Source: Lytechinus pictus (taxonomy: Eukaryota). Taken from it: 64,000 nt of DNA. Positions 50,470 to 63,800 of the stretch are shown here, piece after piece (the first letter of the stretch is position 1; each line of letters opens with the position of its first letter). Under the pieces are notes generated by a model that saw only the letters and a list, made by a program, of their open reading frames with translations, was not told the origin of the DNA and searched no databases. The stretch lies in contig NC_087263.1 in the NCBI RefSeq assembly GCF_037042905.1, positions 11,038,001-11,102,000 on the forward strand, given 5' to 3'. The position numbers and the translations under genes were made by a program.

Positions 50470-50800
50470 GCTTCTTTCTCCTTCATTATTGTTTTTCTAT
50501 TCTATATTACTTTCTTTTTTCTTTCGTCTTTTCCTATTCTTTTCTTTTTCTCTTTTTTTCACTATTTTGTTTTCTTTTCATTTTGTCCCCTCTATTTTTT
50601 CTTTACTGCTATTTTGCTTTTTATCTTGTCTTTTTTTTCTTTTCTTTGTTTCTTTTTTTCTGTATTTTGTCTCCTTTTTCTTTTTACTTTTCTTTTCTTC
50701 TTTTTTCCTTTTCTTTTTTTTTCTCTTCTATTATTTTTCTCTTTTTTCTTGATTCTTTTTTATCTTTCCTTTTCTTTTCTGTCCTTTTTTTGCTTAATCT
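50470..50800. repeat. T/C-rich low-complexity tract
   Basis: Direct inspection; source of spurious Phe-rich ORFs. Confidence 0.9.
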
Positions 50801-51149
50801 ATGATTTATCTTATTGTAATAAATAATCCTTTTTTGCCTTTGTTTTGAATGCAGGAATTTCTGTCTGTACCTGTCTTCCTTATCTTTCTTTGCTTAAGTT
50901 TGTGCCCCTGAAATAGGCACATGCCTACTTTGCCCCCACACAAAGTCAGAATATAGTCCCTGAACATGAGCTGATGCTATAAAAAGCGATTGTGCATGGA
51001 ACTGAGGCTTTGTATCAATAACACCAATGTGATAAATGGGGTGATAAAATCAAATCAAATGGGAAGGTATAAAATACAAAAATTGTACATTGGTAAACTG
51101 ATACAAGTTCTTGAACATATGGTGAATATGAATCTCAGTAAGGAGCCTG

Positions 51150-51388
51150 CACTGTAAAAACTGTGGTGCTAAAACTGGCACCAGTGGGTGTTAATAGAGG
51201 ACCTCACCCTCTGGTGTTAAAATGACACCGTAGAGATTTAATATAACACCAAAGAGTGTACATGGAACAACCAAAGGTGTTGCAATAACACATATAGGTG
51301 CTAAACTAACACTGTCAATTTAACACCGGTGTAAAATAACTGGTGTGGTCCTCTATGTACACCGGTTAATACCGCAGATTTTGCTGTG
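51150..51388. mobile_element. ~240-bp CAC-ended MITE (EnSpm/CACTA-like), copy 1
   Basis: cactgtaaaaa...ttttgctgtg; 2-bp TSD TG. Confidence 0.8.
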
Positions 51389-51390
51389 TG

Positions 51391-54300
51391 TATTTATTTA
51401 TTTATTTATTTTATTTATTTTGTTTTATTTATTTTATACTGCAGGGTAGGCCTGTTCAGTTCTTAAAACTGCTTTACAAAGGCGCCATGCAGTTTAAAAT
51501 ACATGTCAAGATAACTATGAACAACAACAACAAACAACATCAAAAATACAAAATACAAAATATCTAACATCAGAAACAATTAACACCAAAATATAGAGTG
51601 GGAAGTGACAATTTAAACATACATAGCATTGTAAATCAATGGAATATCATTTCGCTTTTTATCAATTCGTATGAAAGGCTTTGCATAATTTTTTAAAAAC
51701 TAACAAGGAGGTACAAACTTGTAAATTTGAAGGAAGTGCATGAAATAATTTGGGTCCGACATATGCGAAAGATTTTATTTAATGTTCAATTCTAGCTTTG
51801 GGAAGCTGAAGGGGGCATCGTAAAGAATACCGTGTCCTGTATTTCACGGGCCGTTTACATACTAAAGGTTTTAAATAATTTGGAATCAAATCATTCATTA
51901 TTTTATATACAAGAACACAATACTGATATTTTATACGCTGATCTACTGATTGCCACTTCAGTGACTGCAACAAAGAAATTTGTGATGTATTATAATCTTT
52001 TTTCAAAAGCATTCTGGCATATTTATTTTGAAGTTTTTGTATCTTATCTAAATGTATTTTTGCACTGCTTCCCCAAGATGTAATACAGTAATCAATGTAA
52101 GGTAAAATCATAGAAAAGTACAGCTTCTTCATAAAATCAAAGGACAGTAAGTGCTTAATCCGCCTTACACAACCTATTGCCCGAGATATTTTACAAACGA
52201 TATTAGTAATATGTTCGCACCAAGTCGAGCCCGGATCGAGCATGACACCTAAGTATTTAATCTTTTTTACATTTTCTAATTGTATGTTCCTGAATTTCAC
52301 TGACAAATGAGCACCCCTCAACTTTTTCTTTTGACCAAATACCATGGCTTTTGTTTTTTGCGGGTGTAAATGCATATTATTTAAGTCTAGCCATTTACTT
52401 ATTGAATCAAAATCATCTTGCAAATACTTTTGTACCTCCTTAATTGATTCACCGTGATTAAAAATGGCGGTATCATCAGCATAAAGAGACATTTTAGAAT
52501 GTACATGCAATTTCAAATTACACATGTCATTAATAAAAATACAAAATATCAATGGACCCAGTATAGGTCCTTGTGGGACACCTGATTTTATCTTCAAAAA
52601 TTCACTGCGACAACTGTTAATCATTACAAATTGCCTTCTGTCTGTTAAATACGATTCCATCCAGTTGTATTCATTGCCAGTAATACCATAGTACTTAAGT
52701 TTTGCAAGTATAAAATTGTGAGGAATAACATCAAAAGCTTTGCGTAAGTCCAAGAAAATACCACCAGTAACATGTTTTCGGTCCATTTTATCATACAAAA
52801 AGTCTGTAATCTCAGTTAGACAAGTGACAGTAGAATAAGACGGTCTGAAGCCAGACTGACAATTTGCAAGTAGATCATTTACATTTAAGTACTTATACAA
52901 TTGATCATGTATTGCTCTCTCTAGTATTTTGGACAGGACTGGAAGCACAGAAATTGGTCTATAATTGTCAATATCAAATGATCCTCCCTTATGTACAGGA
53001 GTAATTCTTGCTGTTTTAAAATCTTCTGGAATAACACTAGTTTGTAAAGTTGCATTAAATAAATGGGTTAAAGGGCCAGCTATACTCCCTGCTGCCAGCT
53101 TAAGAAACTTAGGGTGAATGCCATCTACTCCGACCGCTTTCGAACAATCAATATGTAATAGTTCTTTCAAAACATACTCCTTTTTGATTGCATAAAATTT
53201 AAATTCACAATCTGGAATAAACAGAGTTTGTAAATTGTTTAATAAATCTTTCGAGAAATTACCCGAAGCGGCTTGCAACCTTGAGCCGACTTCATTAAAG
53301 GCTTTGTTTAGAACGTGAGCTATTTCATTGTTAGGTATTTGATCATTATCAATTGTTAATTTAACATCATGACTCGTGGTTTTATTTTTCTTAGGTATAA
53401 GCTTCGATAAAATGTTCCAGGTTTTTTTAATGTCATTTTCGCAGTCCTTAAATTTGTCCTGATAATACATCTTTTTCAAATTTTTAATCAAGTTATTAGC
53501 TCTGTTACGGGAAAACTGAAATTTATTCCACCAATAAATTAATATTGTTTTTCTAAATTGCTTTCGATAATAATCCCTTTCGCGCGCTAACACAAAAAAA
53601 ATCATCATTTATCCAAGGTACCCCTCTTTGTTTTTGCCGCACTGATATCACGGGGGCATGCCTGTCACAAATGTCCAGGAGTGTGTTTTTAAAGTAGTGC
53701 CACAATTTTTCAACGTCAGTCCCACAGGAATAAAACTCATGCCAATCAACTTTCCTTACATCATCTTTAAATTTCTCACTGTCAAAGTACTTGAATGAAC
53801 GACATTTAGTTATTTTCGGAGAAAGGGATTGATGTTTCCCTTTAATTGCAGTAAAAATCACAGAGTGATCACTAAGTCCAGCTGACTGCACTCCTGACTT
53901 AATAATATTGTCAACAAGTGCATCAAAAATACATACCAAATCGATTACTGACTGGCTATGTGATGAAATTCTAGTGGGTTCAGATATAACCTGTGTCATT
54001 TGCATTGTAGTAAGGAGACTGGAAACTTTTCTAGAAAGATTATTTATGGTTTGCATATTACAGTTAAAATCACCAAGAAGGATGACGTTGTTTGTAACTG
54101 TATACAATTTCTCAAGATTACTTTCAAGACTGTCAAAAAAATCTAAATGATTATCCGGTTTTCTATACAATATACCAATAAATAATGAGCTACTATTGCT
54201 ACGTTGCAACTCCAACCAAATTATTTCTAAGGCAACAGATTCAAGATCCAATCTCCTTATATACGATAAATTTTCTGATATAAAACATCCCACTCCACCT

Positions 54301-54929
54301 CCATGAGTACATTTATCCTTCCTCTCAAACTTATAACCTTTAACATAAATCAAGCTATCAGAATGTTCTTTTGTTAACCATGTTTCTGACACTCCTAGTA
54401 GATCATAAGGGTTATTATTCAGCCAACATTGTAAATCAGCAACTTTATTAACAATGCTTCTGACATTAAGATGAGCTAATTTTATACCTTTAATATCTTT
54501 TAGAGCAAAATCATTAGTTTCGGTTGACCTATCATCATGTGCGTCGACAGAAATATTATTACAGTTATACACGACTTCAGTAGATAGATCAGGATCATTC
54601 CAAAAAGGTAATACACTTTGGAGAATACATTTCGGGCACTGCCAATTTTCAAACAGTTCATCTGAATCATAGGTCTCTCTTGAGACCCCGCCACAAACTA
54701 TATGCACCCACTGTGAACATACAGTGCATAACAAAGCCTTTTGATTTATTTTAACAGATTTATTACAAATTGAACATGGGTATTTAAGCAACTGATCTGA
54801 GAAAACATAAGTACTCATGTATCAATTCTATGAGATTCAATGGGTTAAGGTGGCATGTTATAAGTGATCATAAACACGCCCACGCTCCAAGGCATCAAAT
54901 TTAATTGCGACTCCAATGTGAGAAGTAGA

Positions 54930-54930
<1 letters not shown>
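51391..54930 (-). mobile_element. Near-full-length non-LTR retrotransposon (L2/CR1 supergroup) encoding PHD finger, AP endonuclease and reverse transcriptase
   Basis: C4HC3 PHD; endonuclease motifs SETWL, GGGV, LGDFN, SDH; RT motifs YRPIS, QSGFR, DLRKAFD, GVPQG, YADD; (AAAT)n tail at 51391-51435. The 5' boundary is approximate. Confidence 0.93.
51662..54818 (-). pseudogene. Disrupted LINE PHD-APE-RT ORF
   Basis: ORFs 53553..54818 and 51779..53608 join across an A8 run near 53594-53601 (PWINDDFF/VLARERDYY). After an in-frame TAA at 51779-51781 the frame continues IKSFAYVGPKLFHALP to TGA at 51662-51664. Confidence 0.88.
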
Positions 54931-54961
<31 letters not shown>

Positions 54962-56024
54962 GGAGAGGGGGAGAGGAAAGAGGAGGATCGAGTGTGATGT
55001 GATAACAATAATAATAATAAAAAAACTACACCTGTCAAGCGGCGCAATGTAAGGTTTGTCCCCCCGGTTGCGACCCCCCCCCCCCCTCCTTTCCCCTATT
55101 CATTAACATAATGGAATATTTTCCTGGTGAGGGGTACATTGTGCATGAGTCTATACTGCCTTCATTTCTATCTATTTATTACTAATTTATAACTAATTAT
55201 GTACCCCGGCAATCGAGTCCTGCCGCCACAATGTATATATGCACCTTGCCCACTCCCTCGGGAGCATTCCGACAAGCTTCCAAACTCACTATTGCTCGGC
55301 ATTCAACCTGATTAATCATCAACGCAGAGAATGCAGTGAAAGTTCTCAGCCTACACAATAAAAATGATACCCCCGTACCAATTCAGTAAGCCCTGTAACA
55401 AAATTTTGTTATTTGATCGAGTTTTAAGCTTACTGAATTTCAAGTGCCCATTTATCATTTTGCGGAATATGGCGGAATGGTAGAGTAAAGGGAGGCAAGG
55501 GGCGTATCCAGGATTTTTTTTTTCGCTGGGGCCGTGGCAACTGCGAACCTTAGGTCAGCCTATATTTTTAAGATTTTAATTCCTAATTTATTCCCTTTCC
55601 CTTTCACTTTTCTCTCTCTCTCTCTTTTTTTATATATCCTTCCTTCTCTTTACCTTCTCGCTTTTCCTTCCTTTCCCCTCTCTCTCTCTTCCATTCTTTT
55701 TCCTCCTGCCCCTTTTCATTATTATTTTTTGGGGGGAGGGGTGGCGGTGGGGTTCAAGTTTGTGTGGAGGTGTTCTTTCTTTGTTTTCTCTTTGGATCAT
55801 TTTACCGTTTCTGAAATGAAAATGAGTTTCCATCCGATTTTGTATAATTGATTTCCTAAGTACTGGCGACGCCTCTCCCTAATTCTCTCTTTCCTTCTCC
55901 CTCTCTTCCTTCTCTGTCTTTTTTCTATCTACCTCTCTCTCTCTCTATCTTTCTCGACCTCTCTATCCCCCCTTTATGGGGAGCTCTCTCAAACCACTCC
56001 ATACTCAACCACATACATGCCCAC

Positions 56025-56180
56025 TAGTCTGCTGTGCAAACCCTTCACTCGAGTAAACCGGGTCTGCAAATTGCAGCCTGATCATGCCTTGTGTACTGAA
56101 GGCCCTCTCGCTGTGCTAGTCTTTGCGTGGAGACACACATGTTGATCAAAGTTTCAATCAGGATCTGTGCCTGCAGACTA
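56025..56180. mobile_element. 156-bp MITE with 8-bp TIR and 9-bp TSD (AcademH-like)
   Basis: CATGCCCAC|tagtctgc...gcagacta|CATGCCCAC. Confidence 0.75.
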
Positions 56181-57157
56181 CATGCCCACACCCACGCGCA
56201 CAAACCTGCATACAAAGGGGATGGTCCAGTGATTGTCAGGGGAGGGACATCCATAAGAAATAACAGCATAAACAAATGCTTTTACCATTCTTAGCCCCCC
56301 CCCCCCCCCAGCACCTGCGCCATGCCCATACTATCGACCTAGTCATGCGCATCGGATAAATCGGATCCATGGGCCGCGGAATCGGGGAGGGAGGGGGGTC
56401 CACCCCCCCCCCTTCCACACACGCTTATCTTGAAACCGTGTACAAAACGTAATAATAGTAAAAATGATGATACTACTACTTCTACTGCTATTACTACTAA
56501 TGATAGTAATAATATTAATAATAATAATATTGATAATGATAATAATAATCTAATAATAATAATAATAATAATAATAATGATAATAATAACGATAATAACA
56601 ACTCTAATTTACACAGGGTAGCCACTCTCAGGTGTAAGCTATATTTCCAGCGGGCTGTAAACGTAAACATATGAACATCTGGTTGTGATTGTTTGCTTGG
56701 TAAGCCCTCAATTTCGGCTACCCCCCACCCTCGGCACCCCCCCCCCCCCCCGGGGGCCCACTTACACGGCCGCTGATCAAGTACTCCTCTCAGTTTTGGT
56801 TTTTATAACGTCTATTGAAAAAAAATTATTGTATTTCCTCTTACCGAGGTAACAGTACTATCTTCTAATATAGTCTTGTTTGATAAAATCTGATTAAAAC
56901 ATTCCTTAGTCAATAATACGAATTATTGGGCCATGGTTCGCCGATCATCATTGGGTAAACATTCCATCGCATTAATTTGAACCGAGATTTCAGAAAATGG
57001 TTTCAAACAAATTATTATGTAACATGGCTATATCAATGATACGTGTGAATAATAAACGTAAAGCTGCGCTGAAAGTTCCTGTTAGATTGTAATAAAGAAG
57101 AAAAATACTGCCCGTAGAAGTCTTCCAGTTAAATATTGTAAGCGCTTTTGGGCTAAC

Positions 57158-57223
57158 GACTACTTCTGCTGCTACTACTATATACTGCTGCTGCTGCTGC
57201 TGCTGCTGCCGCTGCCGCTGCTG

Positions 57224-57286
<63 letters not shown>

Positions 57287-57310
57287 TACTACTACTACTA
57301 CTAATACTAT
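57158..57310. repeat. (CTG)n/(CTA)n microsatellite
   Basis: Direct inspection. Confidence 0.95.
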
Positions 57311-58522
57311 TGCGTGTCAGCAGGAACATCCCGACTCGTTGCAATTATGTTATTCTATGTTCTTCATGTCACTCCCCTCTTCTTCGCCACTTTCTCTTTT
57401 TCTTTCTACCTCACTCAATTTTCTACTTCTATTTTTAAGTCCTATCACCCCTCTCTCTCTCTCTCTCCATTACTCTCTCTCTGTTCTCCTGTGCTTATCC
57501 CTTTATGAGATACATCTTTTAAGTAGACCTATATGTGTTGATATACATGTAGAATATTGTAATTATGTTTTCGTTATATTGTACTTCAAGATTTTTTTGT
57601 GTGACTTTACCCTTTCAGCATGTGATGCTAGTCAATTTCCATGTGCATATATACCTATATAAATAAATAAGTAAATAAATGAATAAAGAAATAAATGAAT
57701 AAATGAATTAATTAATAATAAATAGTACATGGTAAGAACTATGTATTTTCTTTCATTGTCAAGTGTTCTGTTTATACAGTATTACAGTATGAAAGTTTTT
57801 TTACCTTCTAAACTGGCAATATACACTTGGACTATTGGGGTTGAAGACTTTTTTTTTTGCTTGTCTTTTTTTTTTTTGGTACGAAATCCTTTATTTGTGG
57901 TTGAAGACCTTTTTTTTTTGCTTGTCAAATTTTGTGCGCGGACGAAATATCCTCCAAAAAATTTGCCCCCCTTTTGGAAAATCCTGGGTACGCCGCTGAT
58001 GCGCATTTTTTTTATTGTCTTTAAAAAAAAATTTCAAACAGCTATGTCACAAATGTTTCTTTTCTTCAGTTTATGTATAGACTATTTTTAGATTATTATT
58101 TCATTTTTATTCATATTACCCCAATTTCAATACTTTATAAGTGGTTTTATGCGAAAACCGGAGGAAACTACCTGAACGAGCTAGACATTATACACTTACC
58201 ATTTTTCTTCAAACTTTGACAAGTTGACTGTTGACCGTATAGTCTAGTAAACATTGTTGATTGGCTTCAGGTTTGCATAACATGTGTTAATTTCACTTCA
58301 TTTTTTTTTGAAAGAGGGGAGCTCAAATGAAGCAAATCCATCTCAAAAGTAATCACAATTTCGAGGTGAATGATTACGTGGAATGAAATGATACGAGTAT
58401 TTTGCATTTATTCAATCACATTGTTGGGCATACAATTACGGTTACTGAAATGATTTCGATTTAGACTTTCTCCGAAAAAAGCACCCTTTCTCTTGTTAAA
58501 TCCTTCCTTCCCCTCCATCGTA

Positions 58523-58761
58523 CACAGCAAAAAATGCGGTGTTAACCGGTGTACATAGAGGACCACACCAGTTATTTTACACCGGTGTTAAATTGACAGT
58601 GTTAGTTTAGCACCTATAGGTGTTATTGCAACACCTTTGGTTGTTACATGTACACTCTTTGGTGATATATTCAATCTCTAGGGTGTAATTCTAACGCCAG
58701 AGGGTGTGGTCCTCTATTAACACCCACTGGTGTCAGTTTTAACACCACAGTTTTTACAGTG
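58523..58761. mobile_element. Same CAC-ended MITE, copy 2 (opposite orientation)
   Basis: cacagcaaaa...tttttacagtg; TSD TA. Confidence 0.8.
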
Positions 58762-58979
58762 TAGGCTCACTGGGAACTTGGTTAAGGGGCCATGCTCCAA
58801 GCCATGCCCTCATCCTGATAAAAGATATAAATGAAAAAAAAATCATGAGCAAATAAAAAACAAAAAACAGAAAAGAAGAGAATAGAAAAGAAAAAAAAAT
58901 GAAAAAGGTGTGAGGCACGATATAATTTTCTGAATAACACGTAAAAATCTATCACAACATAGGATTTTAGTATCATATA

Positions 58980-59220
58980 CACTGTAAAAACTGTGTTGTT
59001 AAAACTGACACCAGTGGGTGTTAATATAGAGGACCACACCCTCTGGTGTTAAAATTACACCCTAGAGATTGAATATAACACCAACGAGTGTACATGTAAC
59101 AACCAAAGGTGTTGCAATAACACCTATAGGTGCTAAACTAACACTGTCAATTTAACACCGGTGTAAAATAACTTGTGTGGTCCTCTATGTACACCGGTTA
59201 ACACAGCAGTTTTTGCTGTG
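58980..59220. mobile_element. Same CAC-ended MITE, copy 3
   Basis: cactgtaaaaa...ttttgctgtg; TSD TA. Confidence 0.8.
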
Positions 59221-59462
59221 TATAAATGAAAAAAAAAATCATGAGCAAATAAAAAACAAAAAACAGAAGAGAAGAGAATAGAAAAGAAAAAAAATGAAAA
59301 AGGTGTGAGGTATAATATAATTTTCTGAATAACACGTCAAAATCTATCACGACATAGGATTTTTGGTTCATATATGGGTCAAAATATTCGCTTACGAGCT
59401 TCGTTTTTTTATCGCAGTTTTGCCCATGCACCATGTTTGGCCTCTTACACCTTTACGTTTGA

Positions 59463-59951
59463 AGGGAAAGTTCACCCTGACAGAAAGTTTGTTCTAAAAA
59501 TAGCAGAAAAATAACTTGCCGAAAGATTGAGGAAAACCCATCAAAGAATACAAAAATAATTAGAATTTTTATTATTTCATTCATGACGTCATATGCGAGC
59601 AGCTTTCCTTCATATCTAATGGTAAAAAAAATCAGTGGAATGTAATTTCCTCAGAAAATTGAAAATGGGTTTTACTGAACCTTCAGAATATCAATTTACA
59701 AATCATTTCACGCCCATTCTTGAAAAGAAAACAAAAATAAGTCATCAGGGACCATTGTAAATAATGAAATTTATGCATTTTATATTACATGACATATCGG
59801 GCAGCTCCTCGTTTATGACGTCACAAGTCCAAACCTTAAAATGCTAATAACTTTCTTCATCCTTAACACATTTTCCTCAAACCTTGACCAATAAATTTTA
59901 TTTTTTCCCTTATTTTGTAAAACAAACTTTTCTTCGTGGTGAACGTCCCCT
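59463..59951. mobile_element. Kolobok-like MITE
   Basis: agggaaagttcacc ... ggtgaacgtcccct|TTAA. Confidence 0.65.
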
Positions 59952-60785
59952 TTAAATGAAATAACAAGAGTATCTCGCCTTTATCATGTTTATTACATTT
60001 TTCGGTGTAAAATCGTTGCAATAAGAATCAGTGGCGAATCGGGGGGGGGGGGGGGGGGCACAGCCGTCCCCCCCCCCTGAGAGCCATAATCAAAATTTTT
60101 AATGTAAATGTACAGTTTTTACCAAAGTGTGCCCCCACCCCTTTTGAAAGTAAGGACCTTTTTTCTAATTTTTATCGGGAAAATGTGCCCCCCTGGAAAA
60201 TCCTGGATCCGCCCCTCATTAGAATGATGTGTATGTTGTTGTTTTAGACGTTTTCTGCGCACTACCCCTCCTTTCCAGACCCCGGGTCCACCCCCTTGGA
60301 AATGAATGTCAGTGACTGTGAACCCGTTGGTATTTACAAGGTCGGCGATGGCATTCCGACAGTGGCCCCTTTCCTCCTTCCACGCTATAAAGAAATTGCG
60401 TTCAGCCCAGTACGGTGGCGGCTTCGGGTTAAAGTTAATTCGTGCACCGAGCGGCACCGTAACATTCTCACCATAAAAGGGCTTAGAGAGCGGACGACCG
60501 TTAGCCCCTGATCTTCCACCCCTCTTTAAAAAAGATCAATAAATAAAATAAAAATAAATTTAAACTAAAACTGTGATCAGGGGACATGTAACACAAAGCT
60601 TAATAATTTGTATGTTTACAGTTGATAGCGCGTATTAAGCACGGTCATTAATGTAATGTAAAATCAATTCTTCAAACAGCTATCAAGATACGCCTTACCA
60701 TGGATGGCTACGGGGTCCACTGGCACTGGTAAACAAGTGGGGGCCCTTGGTGCCATACCCCCCCCCCCCCAAAAAAAAAAAAAAA

Positions 60786-60821
<36 letters not shown>

Positions 60822-63800
60822 TAATAATAATAATAATAATAATAAATAATAAAAAATAAAAAAAATAATAAAGTTTCCCCGACCACTAAAAAGAAAGACA
60901 AAGAAAATAAGACAGGGAAGGGGTGATTTATTACATTATTGCATCTAAACATTAGGCCCGATTTCAAAATTTATAATTTTTTCCCTATTCATTTTTTTTT
61001 CTTGCTCACCTCTTCGGTCACTCGCAACGTGTTTTATTTTTTGTTCCTTTTATTTTATCAATTTTCTTAAAATGTCGCGTGTGCCATGTCTCTCCCCCCC
61101 TTTTTTTTTTGGGGGGGGGGGGGCTCATTATATGGCCTGCAACTGGTGGCAAAAAGTCGTAACATTGTAATTGTGCCCCTGCTTAACAAAAACAAAGACA
61201 ACGAGAAACAAACACATGAGAAGGAATCGATCATTCCCCCTCCGCGTTCACACAAATTTACCTGATTGACCTCACATCTTATTAGGAATGAAAAAATACA
61301 TGACAGCATTGCTGAAAATAGAGCGTTCTCATTAACCATGTTAACAGAAACCACGGATGTGATGTGAACTCCTGTATGATGGAATAGGTGTCTGAACGGT
61401 CCTTAGGCTCTAATTCGAAAACGCGACGTACGTGCCTTGGGCTGTGTGAACATTCTCGCACTCCGTTTCCTATAATAGAAATGCTCTTAACGCACGAGTC
61501 TGGAAAGTCAATGACTGAATTGCTGATTGATTCCCAATCATATCTGCTCCCCATGACCAAAACATGACATACCGAAACAATTTCAAACTAAATGTTAAAT
61601 TTTGATAAAAGTCGAATTAGAGCCCATAGACAAAATACATCGGATTTAAAAACAAAAATATATGTTTATGATAATAAATAACTAAATCTCCAGTTCACTT
61701 CCGAATGAATATGACTTTTTAGCATGAAAATTTTGACACCCCTGGACTAGTCCCCCCCCCCCCCACCTACAAAATAAATGAAATGAATAAATAAGAAAAT
61801 GAATAAACATAAATTTAAATAATGAATGAATAAATAAAGTCAAATTAGATTAAAGTAATATTCGATCGGGAGTGAAAAATCTATTTAATATATTCTTCAC
61901 TCCCAATCAGGCGCGTAGCCAGTGGGGGGGGGGGGGCGGTAGGGGCTGGTCTAACAAATTAGAGCATGTTAAATTTTCAGAGAAATTTGTAAAAATAGAG
62001 CTTCAACGCCATTCGCGGGAGGGAATATTTCCTCCCTGCATATACCCGTCTTCTACTCTGTTTTGCGAGATAAGGAATCGTGATGTAGCTATAGATTTTA
62101 CAATCAAATTTGATGTGACAAAAGTAGTCATTTTATACCACTTCTGTTCTCCATGTTATATTCAAATTCAAATTCAAATTCAAATTTATTTATGTCACTT
62201 CCATCAAACAAAAACAAATATATTACTTTTGTTCTCATTTTTTTTTGTAAAAGGTTTTTTTTAGCTTCCGCGCTTCGCGCGTTAAATTTCGAATTCCTAA
62301 ATCCTTACCAAATTTTGGGCGCCCATTAATTTTATAATCACAGCAAGTCATCTGAATTCGAGTTGATAAGGGTGCTAGAGACGCAAGAGGCGACTTTGAT
62401 TGAAATTGATGAGATAAAAAAAAAACCTTCGTGCTTCGCGCGGGAGGTGGGAGGAGAACCCCCTCCCTGCACCCTCCTCCTAGGGAGCGCGCTTTGCGCG
62501 TTCTGTAAGTGTTGGCCATTTGTCTATGGTGTTGGCATGCTTCGCGTGCACTTACCACCCCCTCCAAAATTAGATCCTGGCTACGCGGTTGCTCCCGATC
62601 GAATATTACTTTTGTCCGGTCAAAAAAAAAAGCGGTTTGACAAGCTAAAAGGAAAACCAACTAAAAATCATTACCAAATGAAAGTGATTATTGTCCACCC
62701 CCCCCCCCCCAAAAAAAAGGGAGAGATATGTGACTCAGTCCTTTGTGTTGATGGTAAACTAAGCTTATATAATTATTGTCATGATTGTAGTGTACCTATC
62801 ACTGGAATTTCCAGGCGATGCGCTGAAAACAAGGGTGATGGAGCTTCCCAGAGCCATGGAAAAAATGTCAACATTCAATAAATATTGACTAAAATTGATA
62901 AGGCTGATTAGGGTCTGAATTTAAGTTAAATCCTAGTTATTTCAAAAGAAGTGCTATCCAAGTGTGAAATTGAGGAATTTGTTTGTTTATTTTCATCGCT
63001 TAACTAGTCATTTATTTGAAGTGATATCACTACTGAGTGCCAGGCATGTATTTGAAGAATTGTATAGCGATTTGTAACCACAAGGAATATGTGGTATATA
63101 CCTATTACTCAGTCGATTGGAATCGTTAGGGGTTTTCAGCATGTAAAATAATATTCACTATGGCAACAATGTTACATTTGCAGATAATAGTAAATCGAAT
63201 GAACAATAAAAAACAAGTTTTGCGCAAGGGTCCTTCATATGAACATTAGAGTAGTTGTTTAACAGTGCATGTAAACAACCATGCCTAATATACTGAGAAC
63301 AAAGAATTAGAAATAAAAATTGTTTGCTTAAGAATATACTATTTAAAATGTCAATGCAACGACTATAACGTTCATATGTAGTAAACAGCTTCATTTAAAA
63401 GAAAGAACGTTTTTACTGTGTTTAATAACATCAACAACAAAACAGATGATTAACTCATTCAAGAAAAATATGGCTTGAAAACGAGCATTCCATACTTTTT
63501 TTTAAGGAAAAAAAAATGAGTTTGAAAAATAAGTTGGCCCTATCTGCATACACACTATCCGAACAGAGAAGATTAAGTGAGAAGCGAAATTCCCCAATAC
63601 AGAATACAGTACACGCGGGATCTAACTGTATGATATGTTTCATGTCAAATTTGACAGGTGGCGTGTCTATTGCCTGACAATATGACCCCAAATGGTAAGT
63701 ATTTTCATAAATTTGCCTAGATTTCATATCTTACATCATATTCAATTTGCGTTTCTCGTCCTGTTCTCTTTACATCGGGGCTTGTATTCTTGTGGGGGCG

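Noticed and set aside
50373..50826. Phe-rich ORFs resembling membrane proteins
   Set aside because: T-rich low-complexity DNA, open in several frames
60296..60511. 71-aa ORF with normal-looking composition
   Set aside because: No recognisable homology or splice boundaries
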